From: Octopus sinensis
Taxonomy: Eukaryota
DNA length: 64,000 bases
Assembly (NCBI RefSeq): GCF_006345805.1
Contig: NC_043021.1
Coordinates: 5,766,001-5,830,000, forward strand
Direction of reading: 5' to 3'
Each line of letters begins with the position of its first letter. Position 1 is the stretch's first letter. The position numbers and the translations under genes are program-made. Shown piece by piece: positions 1 through 12,830 of this stretch. The notes beneath the pieces are model-generated. The model was not told where the DNA came from, did not search any database, and was given only the letters and a program-made list of their open reading frames with translations.

Positions 1-325
1 ATCTGGCACCTGTGTCAGTGGCACATAAAAACACCATCCGAGCGTGGCCGTCTGCCAGCCTCGTCTGGCACCTGTGTCGGTGGCACATAAAAACACCATC
101 CGAGCGTGGCCGTTCGCCAGCCTCGTCTGGCACCTGTGTCGGTGGCACATAAAATCACCCACTACACTCTCGGAGTGGTTGGCGTTAGGAAGGGCATCCA
201 GCTGTAGAAACACTGCCAGATCTGACTGGCCTGGTGCAGCCTTCGGGCTCCCCAGACCCCAGTTGAACCGTCCAACCCATGCTAGCATGGAAAACGGACG
301 CTAAATGATGATGATGATGATGATG
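1..325 (+). mobile_element. SINE-like family D copy with internal 62-bp tandem array, (ATG)n tail
   Basis: Body gttggcgttaggaagggcatccagctgtagaaa...ggacgctaaatgatgatg recurs more than 12 times in the window. Confidence 0.85.
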
Positions 326-339
326 ATATATATATATCT

Positions 340-1090
340 CCGTGCTGTGGGCACGTAACAAACACCATCCGATCGTGGCCGTTTGCCAGCCTCATCTGGC
401 ACCTGTGTCAGTGGCACATAAAAACACCATCCGAGCGTGGCCGTCTGCCAGCCTCGTCTGGCACCTGTGTCGGTGGCACATAAAAAAACACCATCCGAGC
501 GTGGCCGTTTGCCAGCCTCGTCTGGCATCTGTGTCGGTGGCACATAAAAACACCATCCGAGCGTGGCCGTCTGCCAGCCTCGTCTGGCACCTGTGTCGGT
601 GGCACATAAAAAAACACCATCCGAGCGTGGCCGTTTGCCAGCCTCGTCTGGCACCTGTGTCAGTGGCACATAAAAACACCATCCGAGCGTGGCCGTCTGC
701 CAGCCTCGTCTGGCACCTGTGTCGGTAGTACATAAAAAAACACCATCCGAGCGTGGCCGTTTGCCAGCCTCGTCTGGCACCTGTGTCAGTGGCACATAAA
801 AACACCATCCGAGCGTGGCCGTCTGCCAGCCTCGTCTGGCACCTGTGTCGGTGGCACATAAAAAAACACCATCCGAGCGTGGCCGTTTGCCAGCCTCGTC
901 TGGCACCTGTGTCGGTGGCTCATAAAATCACCCACTACACTCACGGAGTGGTTGGCGTTAGGAAGGGCATCCAGCTGTAGAAACACTGCCAGATCTGACT
1001 GGCCTGGTGCAGCCTTCGGGCTCCCCAGACCCCAGTTGAACCGTCCAACCCATGCTAGCATGGAAAACGGACGCTAAATGATGATGATGA

Positions 1091-1095
<5 letters not shown>
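340..1095 (+). mobile_element. Family D copy with expanded 62/64-bp minisatellite (413-916)
   Basis: Eight alternating units (plus one partial) precede the standard family D body and (ATG)n tail. Confidence 0.88.
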
Positions 1096-1152
<57 letters not shown>

Positions 1153-1237
1153 GTGCAGGAGTGACTGTGTAATAAGAAACTTGCTTCCCAACCACATGGT
1201 TCCAGGTTCAGTCCCACTGCATGGCACCTTGACCTAC

Positions 1238-1330
1238 GGGCATTTCAACTGCATTGACTGCACATTGTTGGATATGCAACATCGTCAGTGCAGTTTCATC
1301 AGGGTCCTTACTCTCTGCCATTTCGTGAAA
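1238..1330 (-). CDS. Candidate internal exon of an unidentified gene (FHEMAESKDPDETALTMLHIQQCAVNAVEMP)
   Basis: Strong acceptor ttattccttcag, donor CCC|GTAGGT, 93 nt open only in phase 0. No family recognised. Confidence 0.35.
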
Positions 1331-1825
1331 CTGAAGGAATAAAAAAATAAATAAATAAAAAAATTTATTAGAATAACAAACTAAGAATATTCCTTTTGAA
1401 ATGAGAGGAACGGTAAACTTGTAGTAGTAATAACAAATCTACATAAACATTCAATCCAACCGTGACCTATTTTTAGGACTATGTTTCTCGCTTCACCTAC
1501 CACATAGAGGTGAACCTCAGTCAAAATTCCCACGACTATTAATAGCAGCACCCACACCTCCTACTAAACACTTCATTCGGGTTTTCTGATTATTGCTTCT
1601 GTTTTGAACACAACATGTGATTCCTCTTACACCCAGCTTTTCACTTAGTACTTTTGTACTATGAAATATATATATGTGTGAAAGGGCATGGATCAGTGGT
1701 TAGAGAGTATTGGGCTCACAGCAAGACCCTTTATTTCGCGTTGCTCCATTTCACTCAGCTGTAGAAATGGGTTGCAATGTCACTGGTGCCAAGCTGTAGC
1801 AGCCTTTTGGAACCAAGTTTCTTAC

Positions 1826-1931
1826 TACACACTGTGTATATGTATGTGTGTGTGTGTGTGTATTTGTGTATGTGTGTGTATGGGTGTATATATGTATGCA
1901 TGTATATATGTGTACATATTACATGTACATC

Positions 1932-2024
<93 letters not shown>

Positions 2025-2251
2025 TATCTACACATACATGTATACATATATATCTACACATACATGTATACATATATCTACACATACATGTATACATATA
2101 CATCTATACATATACATGTATACATATACATCTATACATATACATGTATACATATACAGCTACACATATACATGTATACATATACAGCTACACATATACA
2201 TGTATACATATACATCTATACATATACAGCTATACATATACAGCTATATAT

Positions 2252-2283
<32 letters not shown>

Positions 2284-2340
2284 TTTTATATATATATATA
2301 TATATATATACATCTGCACATATACATGTATACATATACA

Positions 2341-2386
<46 letters not shown>

Positions 2387-2540
2387 TATCTACACATACA
2401 TGTATACATATATATCTACACATACATGTATACATATACATGTATACATATACAGCTACACATATACATGTATACATATACATCTATACATATACAGCTA
2501 TACATATACAGCTATATATATACATACATACATACATATA

Positions 2541-2572
<32 letters not shown>

Positions 2573-2710
2573 CATCTGCACATATACATGTATACATATA
2601 CAGCTATACATATACATATATACATATACATCTATATATATATATATATATATTCATGTATATATATATACATCTATCTATATACATGTATATATATACA
2701 TCTATATGAA
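1826..2710. repeat. Compound (TA)n/(TACA)n microsatellite block
   Basis: Directly visible; gives rise to spurious YI/HI ORFs. Confidence 0.95.
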
Positions 2711-2975
2711 TATAAATAATTTGGGAAAACAAATTTCCAAATCAATCAGGTGTGACCCTACAGTGTTACGTGCATCTGCATATCGTACTTTGGTGTCTAA
2801 TTTATCCTATATTTATATACTTAACTATAAATATGCAAAGTATCTGATATAAGTCAGTATTCAATTTTGAGGGATTAATCGATACGCAGGTATTCTATTT
2901 CAGATAATACAAAAATAACCTGAGTATATCTGACAGTAAACTCATGGTATCAGTTTGCACATCACGAAATAGCAC

Positions 2976-3204
2976 TTAACTCTTTAGTGTTCAAATTAAT
3001 ATGTCAAAAGTAATCCTTATTCATTTTCATTTTTTAAAAATTTATCTGATATTATCTTGTAGCTTCAAGATTTGAAAGATGTAATTGTTTATTTTTAGAA
3101 TGACATTGCAGGGTAGGTGTGAGATACTGGTTCTGGCCAGTTTGAGCATAAAATGAGTAGAATATTTGGGCCGGATATAGCCGGTTTAAACACTAAAGGG
3201 TTAA
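2976..3204. mobile_element. piggyBac-type MITE family 2 (other copies 9553-9786, 32362-32591, 37903-38115, 46085-46312, 47791-48017, 48042-48270)
   Basis: About 230 bp with TTAA CCCTTTAG...CTAAAGGG TTAA termini and no ORF. Confidence 0.8.
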
Positions 3205-3439
3205 AGGATATAACCTAAATTACCAGCTATATAATGTAATTCATTAATTATATCATACTTTAGTTAATACTTATATTTATTAAATATGAAGGAACTATAC
3301 GTGTTTCAGGATTTTTTCGCTGATACTAAAATGGGGATTTGAGGAAAAAAGGAAGATATGTATTTGAATTTTTCTTGTTATATATCAAATTTAAACACAG
3401 ACATTTTTACTCTGATGTTTAATCTTATATCTCACATTC

Positions 3440-5940
3440 TGTATTTCCCGAATCAGTACTCCAGAGTTTCTTCCAGGACAGTGGTCGCTCAAGTGCTTGG
3501 TCCTACTGCATCCATTGACCTTGGTGAGCAAGCCCTACTGCCTTCATCCGGTGAGCCTCTTCCGTTGAACCACACATCCTTTACACTATGGGTTCTCATG
3601 CTCCTGGTATTGGTGTTTTCTACCTCTTGGTACTGTAATTGCCAGTTCCTAGCTGTCCTTGACACACTACACCAACAATCTCATGGTGTTCCGAGTCTGT
3701 CTCTACTTCCTTCATAGTTTCCTGGGGTTTCCATTTTCTGCCACACTTTATGATCTTGTTGGTGTGTCTGACTTCCTCGTCCTCAGACAGAAGCAATGTG
3801 GTGAATGCTCTTGCCTCTGTGGTTTTGAATTCCCCCATCTCTGGTGAAATTAGTAGGCAGAGCTTAGAGGTGTCGCTGTACAGATTGTTCTGAAACTAGT
3901 AGAATGCCGGCCACCTTCACATGCACTTACTGTACAACCTCTCTATTGCCTCTATCCGAATCATGGAAGAGCCATAAAGCAAAAACGGCCACTGCAGTCT
4001 GGGTACGATGCCGTATTGGAAGCACTGCAGTTTGAATCTTCCCAGTAGCTGGCTTTTATCAACTGCCTTTAGCCAGTTGCCTAGTTGAGTTTCAATGTCT
4101 TCAGCATCACCAATATCCTTAAGGGAATGATCGTAATTTTTCCCAGGGCAGCGGACTTTTTCTTGGATTGTCAGAATCTCAGAACTCTGAATGTTGAAGG
4201 TGTCACTTTAACCCTTTCGTTACCAACCCGGCTGAAATCGGCTCTGACTCTGAGTACAAATGTCTTGTTTTCATAAGTTTTAAATTAAAATCTTCCATCA
4301 AACCTTAGTCACAATTTATGTTCCTAACACTAGCTGAATGATAACTAAGTTATTTTACTAAATTCTTTGTTATATTTAAAGTAATTGAAAGAAACACAGA
4401 GTATCTTAACATAAATATGGTAACAAAAGGGTTAAGGATATTCAAGTTTCAAGATTTTACTGGGTTGGACTTCAAGTATGACCATGTGGCCATCTTTTCC
4501 AGTGGGCTTTAATGTCTGCTGTGTCCCTTTGATTGATGGCATCATAACTTTTGTCATCCATGAATGACCTGCAAACTAAATTTCCTGTTTCCATCAGTTT
4601 TGGGACCTCTGGACTACTTCCTTCCTATCTCTACCAGTAGATCCATGGCCACCACAAAGAGTACCATGGAAATAGTGTACCTTGCCATAACGGGTTTTTC
4701 CAATTGCTGCCACTTAGTGGTAAAATTTCCCATAGTAAACCTCATCCTCAGTGGATACATGTGGAACATTATAAGTCTGACTACGTCTGTTGGTACTTGG
4801 TAGTACTCCAATGCACTTTGGAGTAGCTGGTGAGGCATGCTTGAGTACAATTTGGCAAGATCCAATTACACAACAGAGAGTATTGTTCATCCTTGTTTCT
4901 TTAATGACAAGGCCAATCACTTCAAGGCATTCAGAGTGGACTGGGACACTTTCTGAACACTTGTGCCGATGTGCTCATTGGCCAAGAGATATGAGGTTAA
5001 ACTTTGAACAATGATGGTTCAAAAGATCTTCCCCTCAACATCCAGAAGGGAAATCTCTTGAAACTGGTTAAGTTCTGCTGAGTTTTCTTCTTTTAGGGGC
5101 AAAACAACCCTCAGTGAATCAGGATTAGGGGCAAAATAGCCCTCCAGTCCAGGCTTACTGCTTTTTCTTCCAGATTAAACATAAAAGTCTAGCTACTTTA
5201 ACAGAAGCAGACAATTTTTGTATATTCTATACATGGTGCCAGGTGGCCCTGGTGCAGAACCTGCATGATATTTTGCTACCACTGCCCTCACTTTGTTAAA
5301 ACTGATGTCCGTCATGCTGAAGGCAGTGTGGAGTTTCAGTGTTGGCAGTGGATAGGAACAATCCCCTTATAGCATGCCTCTTCTGAGGTCACCATACACT
5401 ACTGCTATTCTGCTTTCCACTTTTCTAGAGCCTATTAACCTCCCACTTTTTGACTCTCTGAAGAGGTCAGCTGTGAACTGGAAGGAGTTGTTAAAAAAAA
5501 GCTTTGTTTTGCTTTCACTTCTCCCTCTCTGTTTTTTCTGAAGTGACTCTGTTCTGCAAAGCTGGAGTAGGTTTCTTCATAACTCCATAGTAAGTTAGTT
5601 TAAAGCACCTTTTCTTTCATCATCCACTTATTTCCAACTTTTCTTCAGCTGCCTTCGTTGTTTGCTTAATCCTACCATCTGATGCAGCCTCTTACTAGGG
5701 CCATTCTGCTTGTTGCTTTTGCTTTTCTTCACTCCAAAGATATCTTGGAATAACTGGTACCACTTGCACCAAGATTCTTATCTTCCTAGTGTGCCGCTCT
5801 TTAAAATATCCAGAATGATGTTCAAGTCCTTGTCCAACTGGGTCCATTTCAGATCTGTTGATAGTGGAAAATTCAGCTGTAGTTTCTTCTCAAAACCCTT
5901 GGGGCTGTCAGATTCATCCACTCCTCTTGCACATTAAGCA
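3440..5940 (-). mobile_element. Degenerate HERO-like (R2/RLE group) non-LTR retrotransposon
   Basis: RT motifs DLAKLYSSMPHQLLQSALEYYQVP..LRMRFT..TTKWQQLE..TISMVLFVVAMDLL and KCGRKWK..HHEIVGVVCQGQLG; many stops and frameshifts. Confidence 0.7.
4208..4435. mobile_element. piggyBac-type MITE family 1 (other copies 17322-17692, 20810-21038, 43313-43534; half copy 17737-17865)
   Basis: TTAA CCCTTTCGTTACC...GGTAACAAAAGGG TTAA termini; this copy is inserted in the HERO-like element. Confidence 0.85.
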
Positions 5941-5989
5941 AGCTAAGCATAGAAGTACTGGGAACCTTGGTTTGCCTCCTGGCAATCTT

Positions 5990-6235
5990 CTGATTGCCAT
6001 GGGGTGTAAGTGACTGAGACAACAACTCCCCTCTCCCAAGTGGGACACTGGGCCATCACAGGGTTCGTTTCCCAGCTATTACTGGGGCTCAGTTACTGCT
6101 GGGTGGACCGGAACAACGTGAAATGAAGTGGTTTGCTCAAGAACACAACACGCTGCCCAGTCCAGGAATCAGAATCGTGATCGTAAGATCACGAAAGCAA
6201 CCCCCTAACCACCAGGTACATGCTTTCACTATGGT
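5990..6235 (-). mobile_element. Degenerate tRNA-headed SINE with V-domain-like segment
   Basis: Reverse complement reads tggtggttaggg..gtgttcttgagcaaaccacttcatttcacg..aaccctgtgatggcccagtgtccc. Confidence 0.5.
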
Positions 6236-7009
6236 TACCACCTCACCATAGTTTACCTAATTTACAAAGCTTGTGATACAAAGACAGGTGCTTCACCATT
6301 GTCTGTCCTTACCTTTCTGTTTTTGCTAAACAAAGAGTGACAGGTGGCTACAGATGCGGTATTGTAGGTTAATTTGTGTATGGGTGTATATATTCACACA
6401 CTCGCTCTTGTTGAACAAAGCTGCTGATAATTCATTTCAGGTCAGGACTGTATATTTAAATGCTGATTATATTTCCTGAACATACAACTTATGATTCATT
6501 GATGTCATTATGAATATAATTATATATACCACCTCTCTCTCTCTCTCTGTCTCACTCCACACACACACACGAACGTTCTTGCACTCATACAAGCATAGGC
6601 GCAGGTGTAGCTGTGTGGTAAGAACCTTACTTCCCAACCACATGGTTCCGGGTTTATAGCAAGTGGAGTGCCTCATGGAACTATCTTGGGGGCTGGTGCT
6701 GCTTATGGGAGCATTTTTGAACATGCCTTCAGTTACACAAACAACCACACTTACTAGCTAAACCAATGACGCAAAAGTAGTACAAACAATCAAGGAACCT
6801 TTTGATGCTAATCTTCTACAGAAAGTCCCAGATGCCATATATGAACAGGCTGAAGAAAACAACATGCAAATTCAATGCAAGAAAATTCCAAGCCGTCTGC
6901 TACCAGCCTGTTTGTGCTGACATGCCACAACAAAGATACTTTGAACTGAAAAGAGCAGCAATCCTAGAGTCAAGTACAGTTCATGATCTGAGGATTGGTA
7001 TCTTTTTCT

Positions 7010-7229
7010 CTTTTACTTGTTTCAGTCATTTGACTGCGGCCATGCTGGAGCACCGCCTTTAATCGAGCAACTCGACCCCGGGACTTATTCTTTTGTAAGC
7101 CCAGTACTTATTCTATCGGTCTCTTTTTGCCGAACCGCTAAGTAACGGGGACATAAACACACCAGCATCGGTTGTCAAGCAATGGTAGGGGGACAAACAC
7201 AGAAACACAAAAACACCCACGCACCCACC

Positions 7230-7278
<49 letters not shown>

Positions 7279-7527
7279 ACAATTGAGGGTAAAATTAATT
7301 AATGTAATATAAGGTAAAATATATATATATATATATATATATACATACATACATATATATGACGGGCTTCTTTCAGTTTCCGTCTACTAAAACCACTCAC
7401 AAGGCTTTGGTTGGCCCGAGGCTATAGTAGAAGACACTTGCCCAAGGTGCCACGCAGTGGGACTGAACCTGGAACCATGTGGTTGGTAAACTAGCTACTT
7501 ACCACACAGCCACTCCTGCACCTATAT
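7010..7527 (-). mobile_element. tRNA-derived SINE family A with central microsatellite (copies also about 23506-24130, 32655-33043, 36343-36728, 37280-37449, 42522-42920, 44085-44400, 47060-47310, 49770-49915)
   Basis: Head ggcgcaggagtggctgtgtggtaag..ggttccgggttcagtccc (A/B-box like), internal (TA/TG)n, tail gactgaaacaagtaaaagag. Confidence 0.88.
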
Positions 7528-7599
7528 GAGAGGTAACACTTCATTTTATGTACATATCACCAAGATTGTGACAGTCTGCTGGTGAATGGCTTGATAGAT

Positions 7600-8195
7600 T
7601 CTGAGAACTTTCAGAATCAAGGAATCAGAATCAACTATGCTAGTTCTATAGATAACATTTGCCTTCGGCTGTTTGAACTCTTGCTCTCAACTGTGGCCTC
7701 ACCACAATATCAAATTAACAATGCAACTTGAAGCAGTTCAGTGGTGCTACACCAGGAAGATTGCATCAGTGGAACAGTTGAGCTATTGGGAGAGACGGAA
7801 AGAGTTTTAATTCTACTCCCTGGAGCAAAGACAGGAGAGATATGCCATGCTATACATATGGGATATCCTAGAGGGGTTGGCACCAAACTTTGGCATAGAA
7901 TGTTATACCAGCCTCCAAACTGGAAGTCACTACACTGTTCCAAAACTCTCACCCATTCTGTTTAGAGTGAGGCCCATGTACTGCAATAGCTTGGGATTCA
8001 AAGACCCACAGCTATTTAATATCTTGCCAAAACAACTGAGGGAGCTGCATGAAGTAGGGGTGGATGTTTTCAAGAAAAAACTTGACCTCCTGCTGTCTAT
8101 GATCCCAGATGAACCTACATCACAGCAAGAAACTCAAAACAGGGCAGCAGAGGCAAACTTCTTCCTTCACCAAAAGCCAGTCACAAAAGAGTGGC
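7600..8195 (+). mobile_element. CR1-group LINE 3' fragment
   Basis: YIWDILEGLAPNFGI..CNSLGFKDPQLFNILPKQLR..FKKKLDLLLSMIPDEP; the upstream part is frameshifted. Confidence 0.75.
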
Positions 8196-10194
8196 CATTT
8201 GAAAAGGGGATAATATTGTTGTGCCACAGTATGGCCACAGCCTTTGATGAGCTGAAACACATAAAAGAATACACACACACACGTACACACATACAAGTGT
8301 ACGTATGCTGATTAAAATAATTTGCTAAACTTTTTAAAGTTGTGACATGGGAAAGTTTCCAGCAACACCTTCTGCATGTAATCCATAGAGTTAAGCTGCT
8401 GCAAGTATACTTAAATATAGTGAACCAAAAATCTCTCAATTTCTCTCTCTCTCTCTCTTTCTCTCTTGTTTGAAATTATCGTTGGTAAATATATTGATAA
8501 TGTTCTGTTTGCTGTGATTAATATCAGTTTGTTTGGAGGGATATTGTAGATTTAGGTTAGAATAGTGTTGTGTGGGGGGAAAGTGCGATATAGTTAAAAA
8601 TAGAGGTGAAAAAGTATGGTGGGAGAGAAGGAGAGTGTGAGTGGAGATTGGCAAAAAGAGCAGAGTAATGGTGAGATTGTAGTCTGAGTGTAAGGAAGTA
8701 GTTAGTATGAGTGTGAGTGTGTGTGTGTGAGAGAGAGAGTAATAGAAATGAGAGGTCTAAGTGAAATCTATATGAGTAAGAGAGAGAAAATAAAACAGAA
8801 AGAAAGAAGAGGGGGTGAGTATGCATGTTGGTCTCAGAGAGAGAGAGAGATGTGTGAAAGTGTGTATTTGTGAAGGAATAAAATGTGTGTGTGTGTGAGT
8901 GAGCGTGCAAATGCAAGAGAGGGTTAACAAATTGCTTGGTTTTTCTAACTAAATATTTCTGCAGAGAAAGAAAGAGAGCAACAGCAACATTAATTGTGAC
9001 AATAACTGCAATGCAAACAAGCAGATCCACCCAAAACGATAAAAACAAAACTGATATCCTCTGAGAGGTGAAGAAAGTTTGAAGAGACCTCAAAGCTGAA
9101 GACGTGTGAATTAGGTGGATTTCAGCCATTGACCTGTTTTATAAACAATATCATATAAAAAAACATTGTATGTATTACAATTGTTGTAGTAGTCAAGGTA
9201 TTGACAGTGGGGACAGCCACAGTGGCGTGTAAAAGCATGTGTGTGTGTCTGTGTGTTTGTAGTCACATTAACAGTTTTTTTTCTTTTTGTTTTTCCTTTC
9301 TGGGTTTGGAGAGAAAGAGAGAGAGACAGTGCCATTGGATACTGTGGGCATTCTGAGCCTGGTGATATTATTGAGGCTGTTAATGTTCGGCTTAACCTAT
9401 TTCTGTACTACCCACAAGGGCTAAACGCAGAGAGGACAAACAAGGACAGACAAACGGATTAAGTCGATTATATCGACCCCAGTGCGTAACTGGTACTTAT
9501 TTAATCGACCCCGAAAGGATGAAAGGCAAAGTCGACCTCGGCGGAATTCTGCTTAACCCTTTGGCATTCAAATTCTTCTGTAAAATGCATTGCTTATTTA
9601 TTGACATTGTTTCAAATTAATCATGCATTATCTTATAGCTTTGAGATTTCAACGATGTGATTGATTGTGTATTTTTAGAATGATAAATGATAGGGTAGGT
9701 GTGAGAGGCGAGATTTAGGTGGTTTGGACACAAAACAGGTTGAAGATTTGGGCTGGATGTGGTTGGTTTAAATGCCAGAGAGTCAAACTATTGCATGTTG
9801 ATGACTGCAGTAAAAAATATGGAGCTGGTGATGAGTGATTTCAGAAGACGATTGTTCTTGGGAGAATAATCTTTGGTGATTGTTTTTGTGCAGGGACTAG
9901 TGAGGCTGGAAACAGCTTGTATGAGGTAAAAGGAAAAATGAGTGAGTTGACAGAGCAACTCTGAAGAAAGGGCCCTCAAGAATGCCAGACAACTGATCTA
10001 ATTGGTTGCAGTAGAGCAAACTCCATTGAATGGCCAGGTGATGGTATAAAACCAGGCAATATGATATATCTGTGATCCCCAAAAACGAGGTGGTAGGGAC
10101 CTTTATGGTTAGGTAGTCTGTAGGAACTAGGAGCAAGGGGCAGGGGGTAACATTGTTAATAAGTGGAGAACCCAAAACATAGCAATTTCATCAC

Positions 10195-11110
10195 TCAGTT
10201 CCCATGAGGAGGGAAAATTTTTCAAAAACCTCATATCACCAAAGATCCTGATCCTTTGTCATCTCATCCATCAGGCAGAGAGTCCTGAGTTCAGCCTTCA
10301 CCACTCCACCCCATACTTTCCTGAGTCTCCCTCTTCTGCAAGCTTTAAGTGAAAACGACACTTCTTTATATAGCTGTCCTCATCCTTCTACATCACATGT
10401 CCATACCAGTGCCAGCTACTTTCTTGAACACATCTGATTCCTCTTATACCCAGTTTTTTCCCTCGGCACCTTTGTACCAATTCTTTCACACACATCCACA
10501 TTGCACATCCAGTGAAGCATGCTTGTGGCATTTCTTTCTAATCTTCTCAAGTCCTCTGCATTCAAGGCCCATGTCTCACTACCATACAGAAGTACACTTC
10601 TAATACAAGCATCATACAATCTGAACTTTTCTCAATCAGGTCTTTAATCTAATGACTATACTCTTAGAGCAACAAACCTCCCCTACTAATTGCATCTTCT
10701 AATTATCAACTTCTTCTAATGAGCCGTCTAGGCATTTAAGAGAGCTGGTTTCAGGTGTGCTTGTACGTTCTACTCCAGTGCATTTATCAAATATGAAGCT
10801 TATATTTTTGGATAGTCTGCCAGTGATTCCACTACATCTCTTGTGTGTCCGTAGTTTACATTGACTTTAGTTTACGGAATTTATACATACTTCTTTTCTA
10901 CAAGAGCAATGCCATTTCCCTAAAAGTACCAGAGTCCTGTTTTCTCTCCTATTTACTAAAACCTTTGTCCATGCATCTACTTTAAAAGTCTTCTATTCTA
11001 GGAATAGCTTCCATGCTGAGATTTCCTTCTGTAATTCCCCTATAGAATTCAATTATAAGGACTAGATCATCAGTCTTAAATTCCACTTCATGGACAACCA
11101 GTCTTAAACT
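10195..11110 (-). mobile_element. RTE-clade LINE 3' fragment
   Basis: YDACIRSVLLYGSETWALNAEDLRRLERN plus an upstream Cys-rich GKW.C..C segment; stops present. Confidence 0.8.
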
Positions 11111-11431
11111 CCACTTCAAGTTTTTTTAATAATAATTCTTGTTTAACACATGCATCTTTTCTCAGGATAAGTTATGATTTCAGATCAATAACTTGAAGTT
11201 TCATAACTTTATTGTTGACTGAACATTTAAATACAAACTGACCTTTTGGTTGGCAGCTGTGTTGACAATTCTTTTCAGTATGACATTGCTTAACTGTCAT
11301 GGACCTGTGTAAAATATGCATAGTTTGTTGTTTGGAATATTTGTTTTGTGTTGCAGTGTCATACTTGAAATCAATACTCTGTCTTCTACTAGTATGACTT
11401 GTGTCCAGTCAGTTGTGATGCCATCTGGAAA

Positions 11432-12185
11432 TATGAGATGCATTCCAGAAGTTTTGATACTTTTTTTTCAAGACAGTGAGTTATAAGATGTCTAAGATTA
11501 TTGTCATTTTAGTATATCATTACTGCACATCCAGTAATTTGACCTACCAACTTTAGTTATTCTAGACTGAAGGAGACGACTGTAACAGCACTTTTATCAT
11601 ATCCTGCAAAAAAACACTGCTTGCCACTGCCGACTAGCTTGCAGAAAGCAGTTGGGATATTTGGAAGGTTGCAATGTAATAAAGTTTTGTGTTAAACTGG
11701 GCAAAAATGCCACAGAAATTTATGAAATGTTCGACACTGCTTATGGATTAACTTTTTTGCTGGCATAAGCAGTCCAAGGATGGTTGAGAAGTGTGGGAGA
11801 GAGAGGGGTGTCAGAACATCAATGCTGGTTGAGAAAATTCACAATTTTCTGGTTGAAGACCATCTTATGTCTATAAAGACAATAAGCATATAGTTTGGGT
11901 TTGGTGTGACAACTGTACATAGAATTGTTTATGACGATTTGAACAGGTGTAAAGTTTGTTCCCAGGTTGACAAAGATGGGTATCAAAACTGTCCCTCACC
12001 CCCTCCTTACAGTCCAGACCTTGCTCCCTTTGACTTTTGGCTGTTCCCCAAGCTGTAGGAGAACCTCGAGAGCAGTTGTTTTGAAGATGAAAGAGGCTGT
12101 GACAAGAGTCCTGGACACCTTTACTTTAGAGGACTTTAACTTCCATGGCGCTTTCATGAAGTAACCGGAATACTACAATTTGTGG
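11432..12185 (+). mobile_element. Degenerate mariner transposon
   Basis: FCVKLGKNATEIYEM N-terminus and HPPYSPDLAPFDFWLFPKL motif; TIR-like TATGAGATGCATTCCAGAAGTTTTG at the left end. Confidence 0.8.
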
Positions 12186-12269
12186 TGCTGACATAAAAAA
12201 ATGTATTTCACAAAGTCTTAACTCTAGTGACCTACTGAATAAACCTGTCTGTGTTGCAACAGATGTTGA

Positions 12270-12830
12270 ATATATTGCAAGATCTGATGTTTTTACTGAT
12301 ATAATGAATCATCTACAAACTCTTAACTTGGCACTCCAGAGAAAGGCTAAGATTATTTCTAATCTTACTCAGTTTTCAGCTTTCAAAGTAAAATTAAAAC
12401 TTTTCTAAGAGACATTGTTGAAAAATTTCAGGCACTTTGCCAATCTCAGAAATGGAGTGAATCCATTTCCTGATGCTAAAATAAAAGACCACAAACCGGA
12501 ATACCAGCATAAATTACAAAGATTACAAAGATTACTTGATAATTTCCTAACCAGGTTTGATGACTTGCACAAGGTGAAGCAGGACTTTCTTGATGTGATC
12601 AATGATGGTTGTCCAATTCTCAAACCTCTAGTTATGGAATCACGAGGCAATGGATTTACAGAATTTAGGTCTAAAGAAGATCCGTAGATCCTTGTCTACA
12701 AAAGAGTTCTGGAAACAAGTTCCAGAAATAGAATGTCCTAAACTGAAGAAAACAACTGTGCAACCACTCTGTAATGAATTTTATGAAATGGAAGCATTGT
12801 GCAGACCTTACAAGCCACCAACTTATTGAG
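12270..12830 (+). mobile_element. hAT (SPIN/GTF2IRD2-like) transposase C-terminal fragment
   Basis: DLMFFTDIMNHLQTLNLALQ..FSAFKVKLKLF..NFRHFANL; frameshifted. Confidence 0.65.

Noticed and set aside
1-930. Regular 62-bp repeats resembling a CRISPR array, and 42-aa repeat ORFs
   Set aside because: No unique spacers, no cas genes, eukaryotic context. Units are internal to a SINE-like family, and the ORFs follow from the 126-bp period.
1688-2852. Long ORFs of 310-343 aa
   Set aside because: YI/HI/TY runs are translations of (TA)n microsatellite.
6313-6480. Strong minus-strand donor AAG|GTAAGG
   Set aside because: All frames from the plausible upstream acceptors contain stops; only a doubtful 35-nt exon remains.
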